From the IMG/VR virus record IMGVR_UViG_3300019479_000003: a stretch of 64,000 bases of DNA; one strand, written 5' to 3'. The position numbers and the translations under genes were made by a program. The DNA comes from a virus. The notes below the pieces were generated by a model. The model made no database searches. It saw only the letters and a program-made list of their open reading frames with translations, and was not told where the DNA came from. Within the stretch, counting starts at the first letter, position 1, and each line of letters opens with the position of its first letter. Shown here one piece after another: positions 25,929 through 34,496 of this stretch.

Positions 25929-26192
25929 TTAGTAGACTTCTTCTCTATACTCCCAATACGTTTCGTCCTCTCGTTCAAACTCATTTCCTTCTTCGTCATA
26001 ATCAATGACTTTTTCTCCTGTATCTCGCACATAGACTTGTTTTTCAATCTTTGCCAGAATTACTCTCTCATCTCCGTAAACTTCATCTTCCGGCTCATAA
26101 AACTTTTTCTGCTTCTCATACTCTTTTTCTGCTTATTCTCTCGTTCTAAAAATCCCACAAATTCCGTCCCCACCAGTACAAACAATCCACAT
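25929..26192 (-). pseudogene. 87-codon acidic gene interrupted by an in-frame TAA at codon 20
   Basis: SD AAGGAGG then MWIVCTGGDGICGIFRTRE*AEKEYEKQ...YREEVY*; stop at 26133-26135; the frame continues for 67 codons. Confidence 0.65.
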
Positions 26193-26246
26193 GTCTCTTT
26201 CCTCCTTACATCATTGGTCTGCTGCCCCTTGTCTACGAAATGCGTA

Positions 26247-26486
26247 TTAACCCCAATGACCGTTTTTCTTCAATATTTCTACAATTTCGTGTGCATAAGG
26301 TTCATCTGTATTAATAACAATGTAATTATTAAAAGGTGGTTTCCCATCCATTTTGCGGCCATTTTCAATCCAATCAGCAACTTGATTAAGTTTGACTCTA
26401 AATTCTTCTCGCAAAAGAGCAGGAACATATTGTCGAAAGTCTCTCTCATTAATAACAGTAAATCTCCGTTCCTTATAAGTGTTCAT
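26247..26486 (-). CDS. Conserved-looking hypothetical phage protein (79 aa)
   Basis: ORF track; NNYIVINTDEPYA..KNGHWG. Confidence 0.7.
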   Translation of the reverse strand: MNTYKERRFTVINERDFRQYVPALLREEFRVKLNQVADWIENGRKMDGKPPFNNYIVINTDEPYAHEIVEILKKNGHWG

Positions 26487-26749
26487 TCTTCTTCACACCC
26501 CAACGCTTTCCTCGCCAATTCCCCCTCGTCCTTCATAACTTCCGAAGGATGGTACCATTCATGATTTCGCGGATCAGCATAAAACTTCAAAACACTTTCA
26601 TACCTGCCTGCCTTTTCTGCTTGCTCAATCAACCATTCCAGCGTATTCAATCGCTTTTGATACAATTTTTCATCTTTAGCCAGCCCGGCAAGTTTTTTGA
26701 TTTCTTCCAACCACTCCCGGGCCTCGGCTAGGTATTCGCGGTCAGTCAT
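26483..26749 (-). CDS. Hypothetical phage protein (88 aa)
   Basis: SD GGAGGTGGAAGGAG before MTDRE. Confidence 0.7.
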   Translation of the reverse strand: MTDREYLAEAREWLEEIKKLAGLAKDEKLYQKRLNTLEWLIEQAEKAGRYESVLKFYADPRNHEWYHPSEVMKDEGELARKALGCEEE

Positions 26750-27071
26750 CTCCTTCCACCTCCACACCTACCGCTTTGAGAGCGGCTAGACAAATTTGCA
26801 AACAAAAGCCTTCTCCTTCGGCAAAATATACTCCATCATTGTGGTGAATAGATATCAAGTAAGAATCTTTTGTTTTCTGAATATCTACCAAGTCGAATTT
26901 TTGTAGAACCATAAATGTGTTCTTGATATCTTCCGTTGGGCGAAAATTTATGTGCCAAAACCCCTTTTCATCCCTAAATCCATATCTATCTATCTTTTCG
27001 ATATATTCCCATTTCCAACCCATCACCCTTTCGGCGACAAGGCGATCGATTTCATGATTGTTCATTTCCAT
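26742..27071 (-). CDS. Phage ABA-sandwich domain-like protein
   Basis: EIDRLVAERVMGW..FRPTEDI..ICLAALKAVGV pattern. Confidence 0.65.
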   Translation of the reverse strand: MEMNNHEIDRLVAERVMGWKWEYIEKIDRYGFRDEKGFWHINFRPTEDIKNTFMVLQKFDLVDIQKTKDSYLISIHHNDGVYFAEGEGFCLQICLAALKAVGVEVEGDD

Positions 27072-27098
27072 TCGCCTCCTTTCGTTGGCATTATTCCG

Positions 27099-27401
27099 TC
27101 AACTCCCCTCAGGTTGACACTTTTCCGTCTTCCCGAAAAGCTGTTTTAGATCAATCCCGGGGATCCGCCCCTTCTTCCACAAATGAATCAACGCCAAAAG
27201 GATTTCCAATTCATTCTCCCGCTGAAACACTTCGTTCATTTGCCAGATGTTTGCGCCATCCGCATACATTTCCCGGAGCCGGATCAAGTCTTTTTCGTCC
27301 CAAACGAAATCAAGATCTTCCAGTATGACGACGACTTTCTGCCTGCTTTTGGTCATGTATTGGTTTTCCAGCGCTGTGATAGCCATGCTTTCTTGTAGCA
27401 T
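27099..27401 (-). CDS. Hypothetical Bacillus phage protein (probable HTH)
   Basis: ILEDLDFVWDEKDL motif; SD GAGGTGG. Confidence 0.7.
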   Translation of the reverse strand: MLQESMAITALENQYMTKSRQKVVVILEDLDFVWDEKDLIRLREMYADGANIWQMNEVFQRENELEILLALIHLWKKGRIPGIDLKQLFGKTEKCQPEGS

Positions 27402-27410
27402 ACAACCACC

Positions 27411-27599
27411 TCAAAACCACTCATTTTCCGGGCTTTCGATTTTCACTAGCGCCGCGGCAAGCAGCTGTTTGATGTCGTGGTAGTCTTTTTCCGCCAATGC
27501 CGCCGGATTTTTGATTATGCCCATTTTGACCAACTCGTCGATCATAGCTTGCTTTTTCAAATCTTGCATGAGTGTCGCTGCCTTGTAGAGCGTGCCCAT
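27411..27599 (-). CDS. FbpA-like small basic protein
   Basis: KQAMIDELVKMGI..DYHDIKQLL pattern; SD GGAGGTGA. Confidence 0.5.
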   Translation of the reverse strand: MGTLYKAATLMQDLKKQAMIDELVKMGIIKNPAALAEKDYHDIKQLLAAALVKIESPENEWF

Positions 27600-27779
27600 T
27601 CAGATCACCTCCGCCATTTTGAATTTTTTCTCTGCTTCTTTGATCTTCCGTTCCAGTTCGTCCATCATTTTCTGGAATTTTTCTTCCGGCATCGGGCCAC
27701 AATTTGGGCAGTCGTAAAATTCGATGATGGCGCCGATCCGGACCGGTACAACGTGGGAACCACAGCAAAGTTCACACAT
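27600..27779 (-). CDS. Small Zn-ribbon protein (59 aa; CELC..CPNC)
   Basis: Hand-translated MCELCCGSHVVPVRIGAIIEFYDCPNCGP...; SD AAGGAGG. Confidence 0.65.
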   Translation of the reverse strand: MCELCCGSHVVPVRIGAIIEFYDCPNCGPMPEEKFQKMMDELERKIKEAEKKFKMAEVI

Positions 27780-28625
27780 TCACTTCGCCTCCTTCAAAAA
27801 CTTCCGTCGCCTGTAGTCCGTCCCGTTCATAATGATTGGCTCTGAATTCATCAGCATCCGGGAAAATATCCGCTGCAATTCTTTCGTTCTTTCAAACTCG
27901 GCCGATGTGAGATTTGTGGTATAGATATTGTGCTTTCCGGCCCTTTGGTCGATGATTTCGAACAGCTTTTGAAGGGCCCATCCAGAAATTCTCCCGTTTT
28001 CTTCGTATATACCTTCTGCTCCGATATCGTCGAAAACCACCAAATCAGCATTCGCGAGAGCGTTAATCACTTGTTCCTCGTTGATCTCGCTATCTTTGTT
28101 GTATGTGTTCCGGATTTTTGTTAATAATTTAGGTGTGGAGATAAAAATTGCGGTATAACCTTTTTCCGTAAGTGCTTTTGCAATCGACACGGACAGATGG
28201 CTTTTCCCCGTTCCGAACGTGCCCTGAAATAAGAGATTCCGGGGCTTGTTTATGTCGAATTCATCAACGTATTTCTTGGCTTTTTCGTATGCCAGCCGGA
28301 ATTCACCCGGTTCAAAGTTTTCAAAGGTCGCCTCCCGCAAAGCCGGATTGATTAAGCTATTTTCCTCGAAAATCCGGTTTATGCGGGATTTTTTCGCTTC
28401 TTGCTGTTGTTTTTGGATCAACTCAATGACTTCGCAGTCGCAACCCTTTTTGGATTCGAACCATTCCCCTTTTTTCGGCCCGAGCAGGGCTTTTGTTCGA
28501 ATTACCTGCACCTTATTCCCGCAACCCTCACAAACATATTCCCGTACGATCTGAAAATTAGAATCCATAGTCGTATTGAGGACCTTCTGGATTGCTTGAT
28601 TGATAGCCTCCAACGCCTCCACCAC
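27780..28625 (-). CDS. DnaC/IstB-like helicase loader ATPase
   Basis: Walker A GTFGTGKSHL, Walker B LVVFDDIG, IYTTNL, RIFSRM. Confidence 0.9.
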   Translation of the reverse strand: MVEALEAINQAIQKVLNTTMDSNFQIVREYVCEGCGNKVQVIRTKALLGPKKGEWFESKKGCDCEVIELIQKQQQEAKKSRINRIFEENSLINPALREATFENFEPGEFRLAYEKAKKYVDEFDINKPRNLLFQGTFGTGKSHLSVSIAKALTEKGYTAIFISTPKLLTKIRNTYNKDSEINEEQVINALANADLVVFDDIGAEGIYEENGRISGWALQKLFEIIDQRAGKHNIYTTNLTSAEFERTKELQRIFSRMLMNSEPIIMNGTDYRRRKFLKEAK

Positions 28626-29394
28626 CTTTATTTCTCAGCTTGATCAGACCACGCCTGGCCTCGTGTTCATCCGTGTTTCGCATGATCCCGATGGTATACT
28701 CTTCCCTTTTCCCAGCATGCAAAAGGATATGAGATTTAAGCGCATATTCAATGACCACCGGCGGATATTTTTTCCATTTCGCCATCGTTTTGTAGATGAC
28801 GCTTTTAGAGACCTCGCCAGACTTCCGTGTTTCTCGAATTACGTCCCAATATTTTTTGTTCAATTCTATGAATCCATTAATTTGAGCTGAGAAGTACGCA
28901 ACCAAATCTTTGATTTGGTGTGTATATTCTTTATTATTCTTTGCATTCTTGTTTATATATGCATTCTTGTTATTGTTCCCAGTTTCGGCGTTTTGCGTTC
29001 TCTCTTCGTTCTCACTTCCGTTCACAGTTTTATTTTCACCGTCCGACAAACCTTGATATTTCGCATAGTTTACGATGGTGAATAGTGTTCCCAGTTCAGT
29101 TTCCTGTACAGTAACCATTCCGGCTTTTTGGAGTTTACCGATCGCTTTGTGAATTGTGTTGATAGAATATTCCTTCAACCCCCTTCCCTCTTTGTAGGCA
29201 AGGTCTTTGGCGAGGTTTCGATAAGAGCGCAGCCATTGGCCTCTTTTGAGTTCGATTCCATTGACTTGGACACCGTCCTCATGTGACGCTTTAATCAACA
29301 AATAGAAAAATAATCTGAAAGTCGTCACGTCATGCCATATATCGCTGTCCAAAATTTTTCGATAGATTTTGATCCACCCTTGGCCTTGCTGCAT
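28558..29394 (-). CDS. Replication initiator (replisome organizer)
   Basis: GWIKIYRK, ELKRGQW, FTIVNYAKYQ motifs; upstream of the loader. Confidence 0.85.
   Translation of the reverse strand: MQQGQGWIKIYRKILDSDIWHDVTTFRLFFYLLIKASHEDGVQVNGIELKRGQWLRSYRNLAKDLAYKEGRGLKEYSINTIHKAIGKLQKAGMVTVQETELGTLFTIVNYAKYQGLSDGENKTVNGSENEERTQNAETGNNNKNAYINKNAKNNKEYTHQIKDLVAYFSAQINGFIELNKKYWDVIRETRKSGEVSKSVIYKTMAKWKKYPPVVIEYALKSHILLHAGKREEYTIGIMRNTDEHEARRGLIKLRNKGGGGVGGYQSSNPEGPQYDYGF
28935..29025. other. Candidate replication origin repeats within the initiator gene
   Basis: TGCATTCTTGT at 28942 and 28960, plus CGTTC repeats, in AT-rich sequence. Confidence 0.4.
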
Positions 29395-29425
29395 AACCTC
29401 GCCTCCTTTTGGAGCGCTTAAGAAG

Positions 29426-29587
29426 TTATTTCCTCTCACATATCGCGAAATCGCCTACTACCTTTTTCACACGGTATTCCGGGTATCGCTGCATATACTC
29501 TAAAACAAACCTCTTAAACTCTTCTTGATTCCGCGCCTTCTCCCGGATCCAACCGGGAAGAAGGACGCGGTAGGGAACTTGCTTCAT
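29426..29587 (-). CDS. Small hypothetical protein (53 aa, MKQVPYRVLLPGWI...)
   Basis: Hand-translated; start coupled to the recT stop. Confidence 0.6.
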   Translation of the reverse strand: MKQVPYRVLLPGWIREKARNQEEFKRFVLEYMQRYPEYRVKKVVGDFAICERK

Positions 29588-30411
29588 CATTCAAAATCGA
29601 TCTCCGCTTGTTCTGGTACTTCTTTTTCTTCTTGCTGCTCCTGTGCTTCCGGTTCAACGTTGCCTTCATAGTCAATGATGTTTTCTTGATCTACTTCGTT
29701 GGTGATATCTTTGACTTCTCGCGGTTCTTCATCCTCGATGAAGGCCTTTTGCATTTCAATCGAGAGGATGCCCCATTTCGCCAGCATATTTTTGAGGACC
29801 GTTTTCTTCGCCATCGCGTCCCAATCGTTTTTCCAGCCGAAATCCGATTTTGAGAAGCGTTGACGATGGCGTTCTACCTCTTCTTTTGTCCAATAGACAG
29901 TCTTTTTGAATCCGTTGATAAGTTCGAAATATGCGGCATAACCGACAACGTTATCCGAAACCTTTTTGTCGAAGTCGATCTCAAATTCTTCAGTCAACCG
30001 ATTCCATTTTTGGAGCTCGCCTTCGTAGACCTCGATAACGTTAATGTGCTTATATTGGCCGGTACGGAGGGCTAGCTGGATATATCCCTTATACCCCAGT
30101 TGGAATTGCGCGCGGTTGCCATAAGGGATGATCCACGCATACCCAAGGTTTTTGTCAACTGGTAAATCAAGGGATGCAGCCACCATCGCCGAACTAATGA
30201 TAGACATCGGCTCGCATTTTTGAAGCTGTGTTTCGCTGTTGTATAGGTTCAGGATGGACGTTGCGAATTGTTGAGACCGTTTGCCCAAGACCTCTTCAAA
30301 ACGTTTTTTGACGGAATCAGAATTGAGCAAAGCCTTTAAAGTGATTCCTTTTTGCACATCTTGGTTTTGGCGAGTAGCCAGCTTATTTTTCAGGCTTGTA
30401 TTTGTTGCCAT
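29587..30411 (-). CDS. recT: RecT-family single-strand annealing recombinase
   Basis: AASLDLPVDKNLGYAWIIPY, AQFQLGYKGYIQLALRTGQY, AMAKKTVL. Confidence 0.92.
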   Translation of the reverse strand: MATNTSLKNKLATRQNQDVQKGITLKALLNSDSVKKRFEEVLGKRSQQFATSILNLYNSETQLQKCEPMSIISSAMVAASLDLPVDKNLGYAWIIPYGNRAQFQLGYKGYIQLALRTGQYKHINVIEVYEGELQKWNRLTEEFEIDFDKKVSDNVVGYAAYFELINGFKKTVYWTKEEVERHRQRFSKSDFGWKNDWDAMAKKTVLKNMLAKWGILSIEMQKAFIEDEEPREVKDITNEVDQENIIDYEGNVEPEAQEQQEEKEVPEQAEIDFE

Positions 30412-30423
30412 GAATATTCCTCC

Positions 30424-31371
30424 TTAACTGATTTGCTTAATTCCGAATTTCCTGTAACTTGTATGTTTCAATACTTGCTCGTACACTTGCGGGAATTTTT
30501 CTTTCAAAACCTTGGAATCAACGGTTGTTCGTGTGACCGGTTTCCAAGTGATTTGATAGTTTCCAGCGAATCCATATTCAGCGTCCTTCAACTCGTTCTT
30601 AATCTCGTTTTCCAGCGCTTTAGCTTGGATTTGCAGCTCATTGATTGTTTCTTTCAACGAAAGCAATTCCTCGATCTTGTCTTTGTATTCGTTTTTCAGA
30701 TCGATGGATTTTCCGTCCTCTGCCTTCGAATACCGTTTTTTCAGGTATTCTTCAGCCGCCGAAGACCCATCCAAAGTAGGTGGAACATTTTTCTCGACAT
30801 ATTCATGCCAGAAATGGCGTTCGGCTTGGAAAATCATGTCGATGAGTTCGTCGTCCCGGGTGACTTCTTTCCAGACAAATTTCTGGCCTCCAATCAGGAC
30901 GGCGATATAGGCTTTTTCATATTCAGGGCCTAAAACCCCGAGATAATGTTGGACTTGGACGATATATGGCTCTGGAATCTCGTCATCCTGCCATTCTTTT
31001 TCGTTGAACGCGGATGTAGTCTTGCACTCCAATATTGCTTTCTCACCGACTACCATCCGGTCAATATTTGCGATGATAAATGGTTCGTCTGGGTGCCGGA
31101 ACATAGCATTCCGACGTCGGACCTTCTTTCCTGTTCGAAGTTCGAATTCCTTCGCGACCATGTCCTCAAGCATCGTTCCCCAATACGCGGCTTCACTCTG
31201 TGTTTCTTCCGGGATGATCTGTCCTGTTTTTTCCAGCCACAATTCGAATGAGGTTTTCCATTTGCTCAAGCCCAAAATGGCCGCCGCATCGGATCCGCCG
31301 ATTCCATGTGTTCTTTCTTTCAGCCATTCCTCATGGGTCATGTCTGACGTGTTGGCCAATACTTTCGCCAT
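30424..31371 (-). CDS. YqaJ-like viral recombinase exonuclease
   Basis: WLKERTHGIGGSD, ANIDR, LECKT, YIVQVQHY. Confidence 0.92.
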   Translation of the reverse strand: MAKVLANTSDMTHEEWLKERTHGIGGSDAAAILGLSKWKTSFELWLEKTGQIIPEETQSEAAYWGTMLEDMVAKEFELRTGKKVRRRNAMFRHPDEPFIIANIDRMVVGEKAILECKTTSAFNEKEWQDDEIPEPYIVQVQHYLGVLGPEYEKAYIAVLIGGQKFVWKEVTRDDELIDMIFQAERHFWHEYVEKNVPPTLDGSSAAEEYLKKRYSKAEDGKSIDLKNEYKDKIEELLSLKETINELQIQAKALENEIKNELKDAEYGFAGNYQITWKPVTRTTVDSKVLKEKFPQVYEQVLKHTSYRKFGIKQIS

Positions 31372-31465
31372 TTTGCACACCACCTCTTTCGTGGTATAAT
31401 GAAAACAAAGCTATTTTTCATATGGGTTTTAACTGGGCCCCTGCTGCAACAGGGGCTTTTATTTT
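31372..31465 (+). ncRNA. Putative ~55-nt antisense RNA unit
   Basis: TTGCAC..TGgTATAAT(31395-31400), then GCCCCTG-CTGCAA-CAGGGGC-TTTTATTTT. Confidence 0.4.
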
Positions 31466-31674
31466 GCGATTTTTTCTTCAGCGCCAAGTATTTCTAAAAC
31501 CTGAACCGTTTCATAGAAAAGCTCATCTTTTACGAACTTATAGTCATCAATGACTAAAAGCTCGTCCCCCGGGTAAATGGTGTTTCCTAAGTCGTCCATT
31601 CCCACGGGCTCTTTCTTTGGTTCCGGGTATCCATGCCGGCGGATTGCGGTTACAACAGGATGTTCCAGATCCAT
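31459..31674 (-). CDS. YqaI-family protein
   Basis: EHPVVTAIRRHGYP, D..GNTIYPGD motifs. Confidence 0.75.
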   Translation of the reverse strand: MDLEHPVVTAIRRHGYPEPKKEPVGMDDLGNTIYPGDELLVIDDYKFVKDELFYETVQVLEILGAEEKIAK

Positions 31675-31832
31675 GGTTTCACCTCCTTTCAAGTAAACAG
31701 GTGACTCCGGATAAAAGCGGATAAGCTCTGGACCTAATGCTATTAACTCCAGACCTATCGGTTGGGCCGGCTCAAGCCGATCAACACGGCCGGGATGGGA
31801 GAGGGGAAGGAAGGAGGGATTTCCCGGCCATA

Positions 31833-31901
31833 TTGACGGGCTCGAACCCGTCAGGTAGAATAGAATTGAGGGTTTGCGGTAGCTCAGCTATCGCTTTTTT
31901 T
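31833..31901 (+). ncRNA. Putative ~35-nt antisense RNA unit with a consensus sigmaA promoter
   Basis: TTGACG-17nt-TAGAAT, then GCGGTAGC-TCA-GCTATCGC-T7. Confidence 0.45.
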
Positions 31902-31960
31902 GTGCTTTTTTTCTGTTTCAAGAAGATCTTTTATACAAATGGCAAGCGTCGCCACAGTCA

Positions 31961-32272
31961 TTAGGAAGGTATAGATGTAGAAGAACAATTTATTTCACGC
32001 TCCCATAACCGATCCATGGCCTCGAGGGACTTTTCGCAATCGGCCCTGGTGAAACGGTGCATGTCGATGATTATTTGTTTTTCCGCATTAACTTCGAAAA
32101 TCACCGTGCTGCCGGATGTGGAAAAGAATATCTTGTCAACGACCCAACCGCGATCGACCCAAAAGTCATAGTGATAGCCATTTTCCTCGCAGATTTTGAT
32201 TCTCCGTATGATCATCTCAGCAACTTTTTTGCCGTATTTCTCTTCGATTTCGTTTAGAATCGTCGCTTTCAC
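31961..32272 (-). CDS. Hypothetical protein (103 aa)
   Basis: ORF track; SD GGAGTTGGGA. Confidence 0.65.
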   Translation of the reverse strand: MKATILNEIEEKYGKKVAEMIIRRIKICEENGYHYDFWVDRGWVVDKIFFSTSGSTVIFEVNAEKQIIIDMHRFTRADCEKSLEAMDRLWEREINCSSTSIPS

Positions 32273-32544
32273 AATCCCAACTCCTTCCGATATGTTTCAA
32301 AGCCCTTGGATTTCGATAGTTCAGAGATCAATTTTTCTAGTTTCTCGTGGTTTTTTTTCTTCTCGTTCAGTCTTGCCAATTCTCTAATGGATCTTGTTGC
32401 GTTTTCGAAGTATGCCAACGCTTTTTTGTAGTCTTCTCGAAGCACTGCATATCTCGCTTGATCTAAGCAGTATGTAGCGCACATCATTTCAGCTGTTGCT
32501 TCTCGTTCGTCTTGGGGAAGAAAATGCTCCTTGATTAAATCCAA
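32269..32544 (-). CDS. Hypothetical Bacillus phage protein (91 aa, TTG start)
   Basis: SD GGAGGG before TTG at 32544; the track start overlaps the HTH gene. Confidence 0.65.
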   Translation of the reverse strand: MDLIKEHFLPQDEREATAEMMCATYCLDQARYAVLREDYKKALAYFENATRSIRELARLNEKKKNHEKLEKLISELSKSKGFETYRKELGL

Positions 32545-32798
32545 CTGATAAACCCTCCTATCATTGGTAAAAGATTTTGAATCATAGACATACCATCCAT
32601 CCCATATAGAAAAGCAACCATCACTTCCTGTGCGCTCGTTTGTTGAATCCACTGGATGAATGTCAACACATCAGGGACCTTCCTGTCATTCTCGAATTTG
32701 CTCACATCAGACTGATTGATGTTCAATCTGTGTGCAAGTTCTTCTTGTGATAATCCGGCCCTTTGTCTTGCCGCTTTCAATATCCCCCCAAAACGCAA
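32535..32798 (-). CDS. XRE/HTH_3 transcriptional regulator
   Basis: LKAARQRAGLSQEELAHRL..VSKFEN. Confidence 0.85.
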   Translation of the reverse strand: MRFGGILKAARQRAGLSQEELAHRLNINQSDVSKFENDRKVPDVLTFIQWIQQTSAQEVMVAFLYGMDGMSMIQNLLPMIGGFISWI

Positions 32799-32867
32799 AC
32801 TGTTCTCACCTCCCTATTCCGAGTTGGAATACTCTTGTTTGTTGGGAGGAATTAAAATAGAAATAGA

Positions 32868-33098
32868 CTAAGGCATCAAAACACGAAGCTTTCCGTAATC
32901 TGGCTGTTTGTTGTTGATGTAAACTTCAGGCTGTGACCGACGCTCTATCCATTCGTCGATCAGATCCTTCCGGAAAATCCATTTGCGCCGTCCCGGAAAT
33001 CTAAGCACCGGCAACCCTTCTTCGTGGACATATCGCCGAAGGGTATTCACACAAACACCGAGATATTCAGCTGCTTCTTTTGTGGTCATGGTTTGCAT
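32868..33098 (-). CDS. Excisionase-like HTH_17 protein
   Basis: MTTKEAAEYLGV..LP..WIFRKDLIDEW. Confidence 0.8.
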   Translation of the reverse strand: MQTMTTKEAAEYLGVCVNTLRRYVHEEGLPVLRFPGRRKWIFRKDLIDEWIERRSQPEVYINNKQPDYGKLRVLMP

Positions 33099-33189
33099 GA
33101 CCTTTCACCTTCTTTCCTTGTTTTTCAAGTTCCCGCCGCACCCACTGTTCTAATAGGATGCGGTTCATCTTGCGATCCAAAATTCTCAA

Positions 33190-33420
33190 TCAGATTACCT
33201 CCTTTTTTGTATGAGTTTCTTGTACTTTATAGCCAAATAAAAATGCAACATCTTTTTCCAAAACTTCTGCAACTTTAAGAGCGATTGCCAACGGAGGGGT
33301 TGAATATCCATTTTCCCAGTTGGAAACAGCTTGTCTTCCCTTGCATCCCACAATGTGTGCTAATTGCTCTTGCGTTAACCCTTTTGACTTACGAGAGTTT
33401 ATAAGATTTATGTTTTTCAA
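33190..33420 (-). CDS. Cro-like XRE repressor (76 aa, TTG start)
   Basis: RKSKGLTQEQLA..VSNWENGYSTP; first gene of the lytic operon. Confidence 0.85.
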   Translation of the reverse strand: MKNINLINSRKSKGLTQEQLAHIVGCKGRQAVSNWENGYSTPPLAIALKVAEVLEKDVAFLFGYKVQETHTKKEVI

Positions 33421-33437
33421 TATCCCACCACCTTTTG

Positions 33438-33552
33438 TATGAACATCTTGTACTTTTATTATATGTACAAGAATCTTGTATGTCAATAAAAAAGTACAAG
33501 TTTTTTGTATCAATGTTTAAATTTATTCTGGATATTGTACAATATACTTGTA
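33438..33552. promoter_or_regulatory. Genetic switch: consensus leftward promoter plus operators TACAAG-N3-CTTGTA
   Basis: Minus TTGACA(33486-33481)-17-TATAAT(33463-33458); operators at 33438, 33466, 33495 and 33538 (also 33210). Confidence 0.85.
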
Positions 33553-33577
33553 CTTAAATGAAAAAAAGGGTGATCAC

Positions 33578-34021
33578 ATGTTGCCCCAAAGGCTTAAATA
33601 CATCAGAAAACTTAGAAAGTATACTCAAGAAGAGCTTGCGAAAAAAGTGAATACTACAAAAGGGACGATAAGTAATTACGAAAATGGATATAGTACGCCA
33701 TCAAATGAAATGCTAACTCTACTCGCAGATGCACTTGACACCACAACGGACTTTTTGCTCGGGAGAACCGATAATCCTTACTCTAAAAACAACCTTCCAC
33801 CATTAACAGAAAAGGATGAAAAAGACATAAAAAAAGATTTGGAAAAAATATTGCAGAGTTTGAAGCACGAGGATGGTTATGCACATTTTGACGGACAATC
33901 TATAGAAGATATGGACGAAGAGGATCGAGAATTGCTTATAGCGTCTTTAGAAACTTCTATGCGGATTGCCAAACAAATCACCAAGAAAAAATTCACTCCC
34001 AAAAAACACAGAAAAAACTGA
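33578..34021 (+). CDS. CI/ImmR-like immunity repressor
   Basis: RLKYIRKLRKYTQEELA..ISNYENG..LADALDTTTDFLLGRT; divergent from cro. Confidence 0.9.
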   Translation: MLPQRLKYIRKLRKYTQEELAKKVNTTKGTISNYENGYSTPSNEMLTLLADALDTTTDFLLGRTDNPYSKNNLPPLTEKDEKDIKKDLEKILQSLKHEDGYAHFDGQSIEDMDEEDRELLIASLETSMRIAKQITKKKFTPKKHRKN

Positions 34022-34035
34022 CGGGAGTTGTGTGT

Positions 34036-34443
34036 ATGGTTGATAAAGTCCATGATCTTGTCAAGAAACATGGAACAAACGATCCATACAAATTGGCAAG
34101 AGCACTGAAGATTTTTGTGCTATTTCACAGGTTGGGGAAAACTTATGGATACTATCATTCGTATAAAAGAATTAAAATGATAATTATTAATTGCGACTTG
34201 GATGAGTGGATGAAACGTTATGTGTGTGCCCACGAGCTTGGGCACGCCATACTTCATCCGGACATTAATACTGCATTTTTAAAAAGGAATACATTTTTTT
34301 CGATTGGGAGGTTTGAAAGAGAAGCAAATGAATTCGCTATCAATCTTCTTTTATATGGGGAAAAATTAGAAGATTATGAAACGAAATATGATATCTTGAG
34401 AGCAAATGGAATCCCATATGAAATGGAACGCTTTCTTGTTTAG
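34036..34443 (+). CDS. ImmA/IrrE-family metalloprotease (anti-repressor)
   Basis: CAHELGHAILH (HExxH) and EREANEFA. Confidence 0.9.
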   Translation: MVDKVHDLVKKHGTNDPYKLARALKIFVLFHRLGKTYGYYHSYKRIKMIIINCDLDEWMKRYVCAHELGHAILHPDINTAFLKRNTFFSIGRFEREANEFAINLLLYGEKLEDYETKYDILRANGIPYEMERFLV

Positions 34444-34496
34444 TTTAGGAACATCCTTCTAGGATGTTTAAATAAAAATATAAGGGGGAAGTAAAT

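Noticed and set aside
31838-31890. tRNA remnant from GGTTCGAGCCC and GTAGCTCAGCT motifs
   Set aside because: The T-arm-like and D-arm-like pieces lie on opposite strands and no cloverleaf can be built
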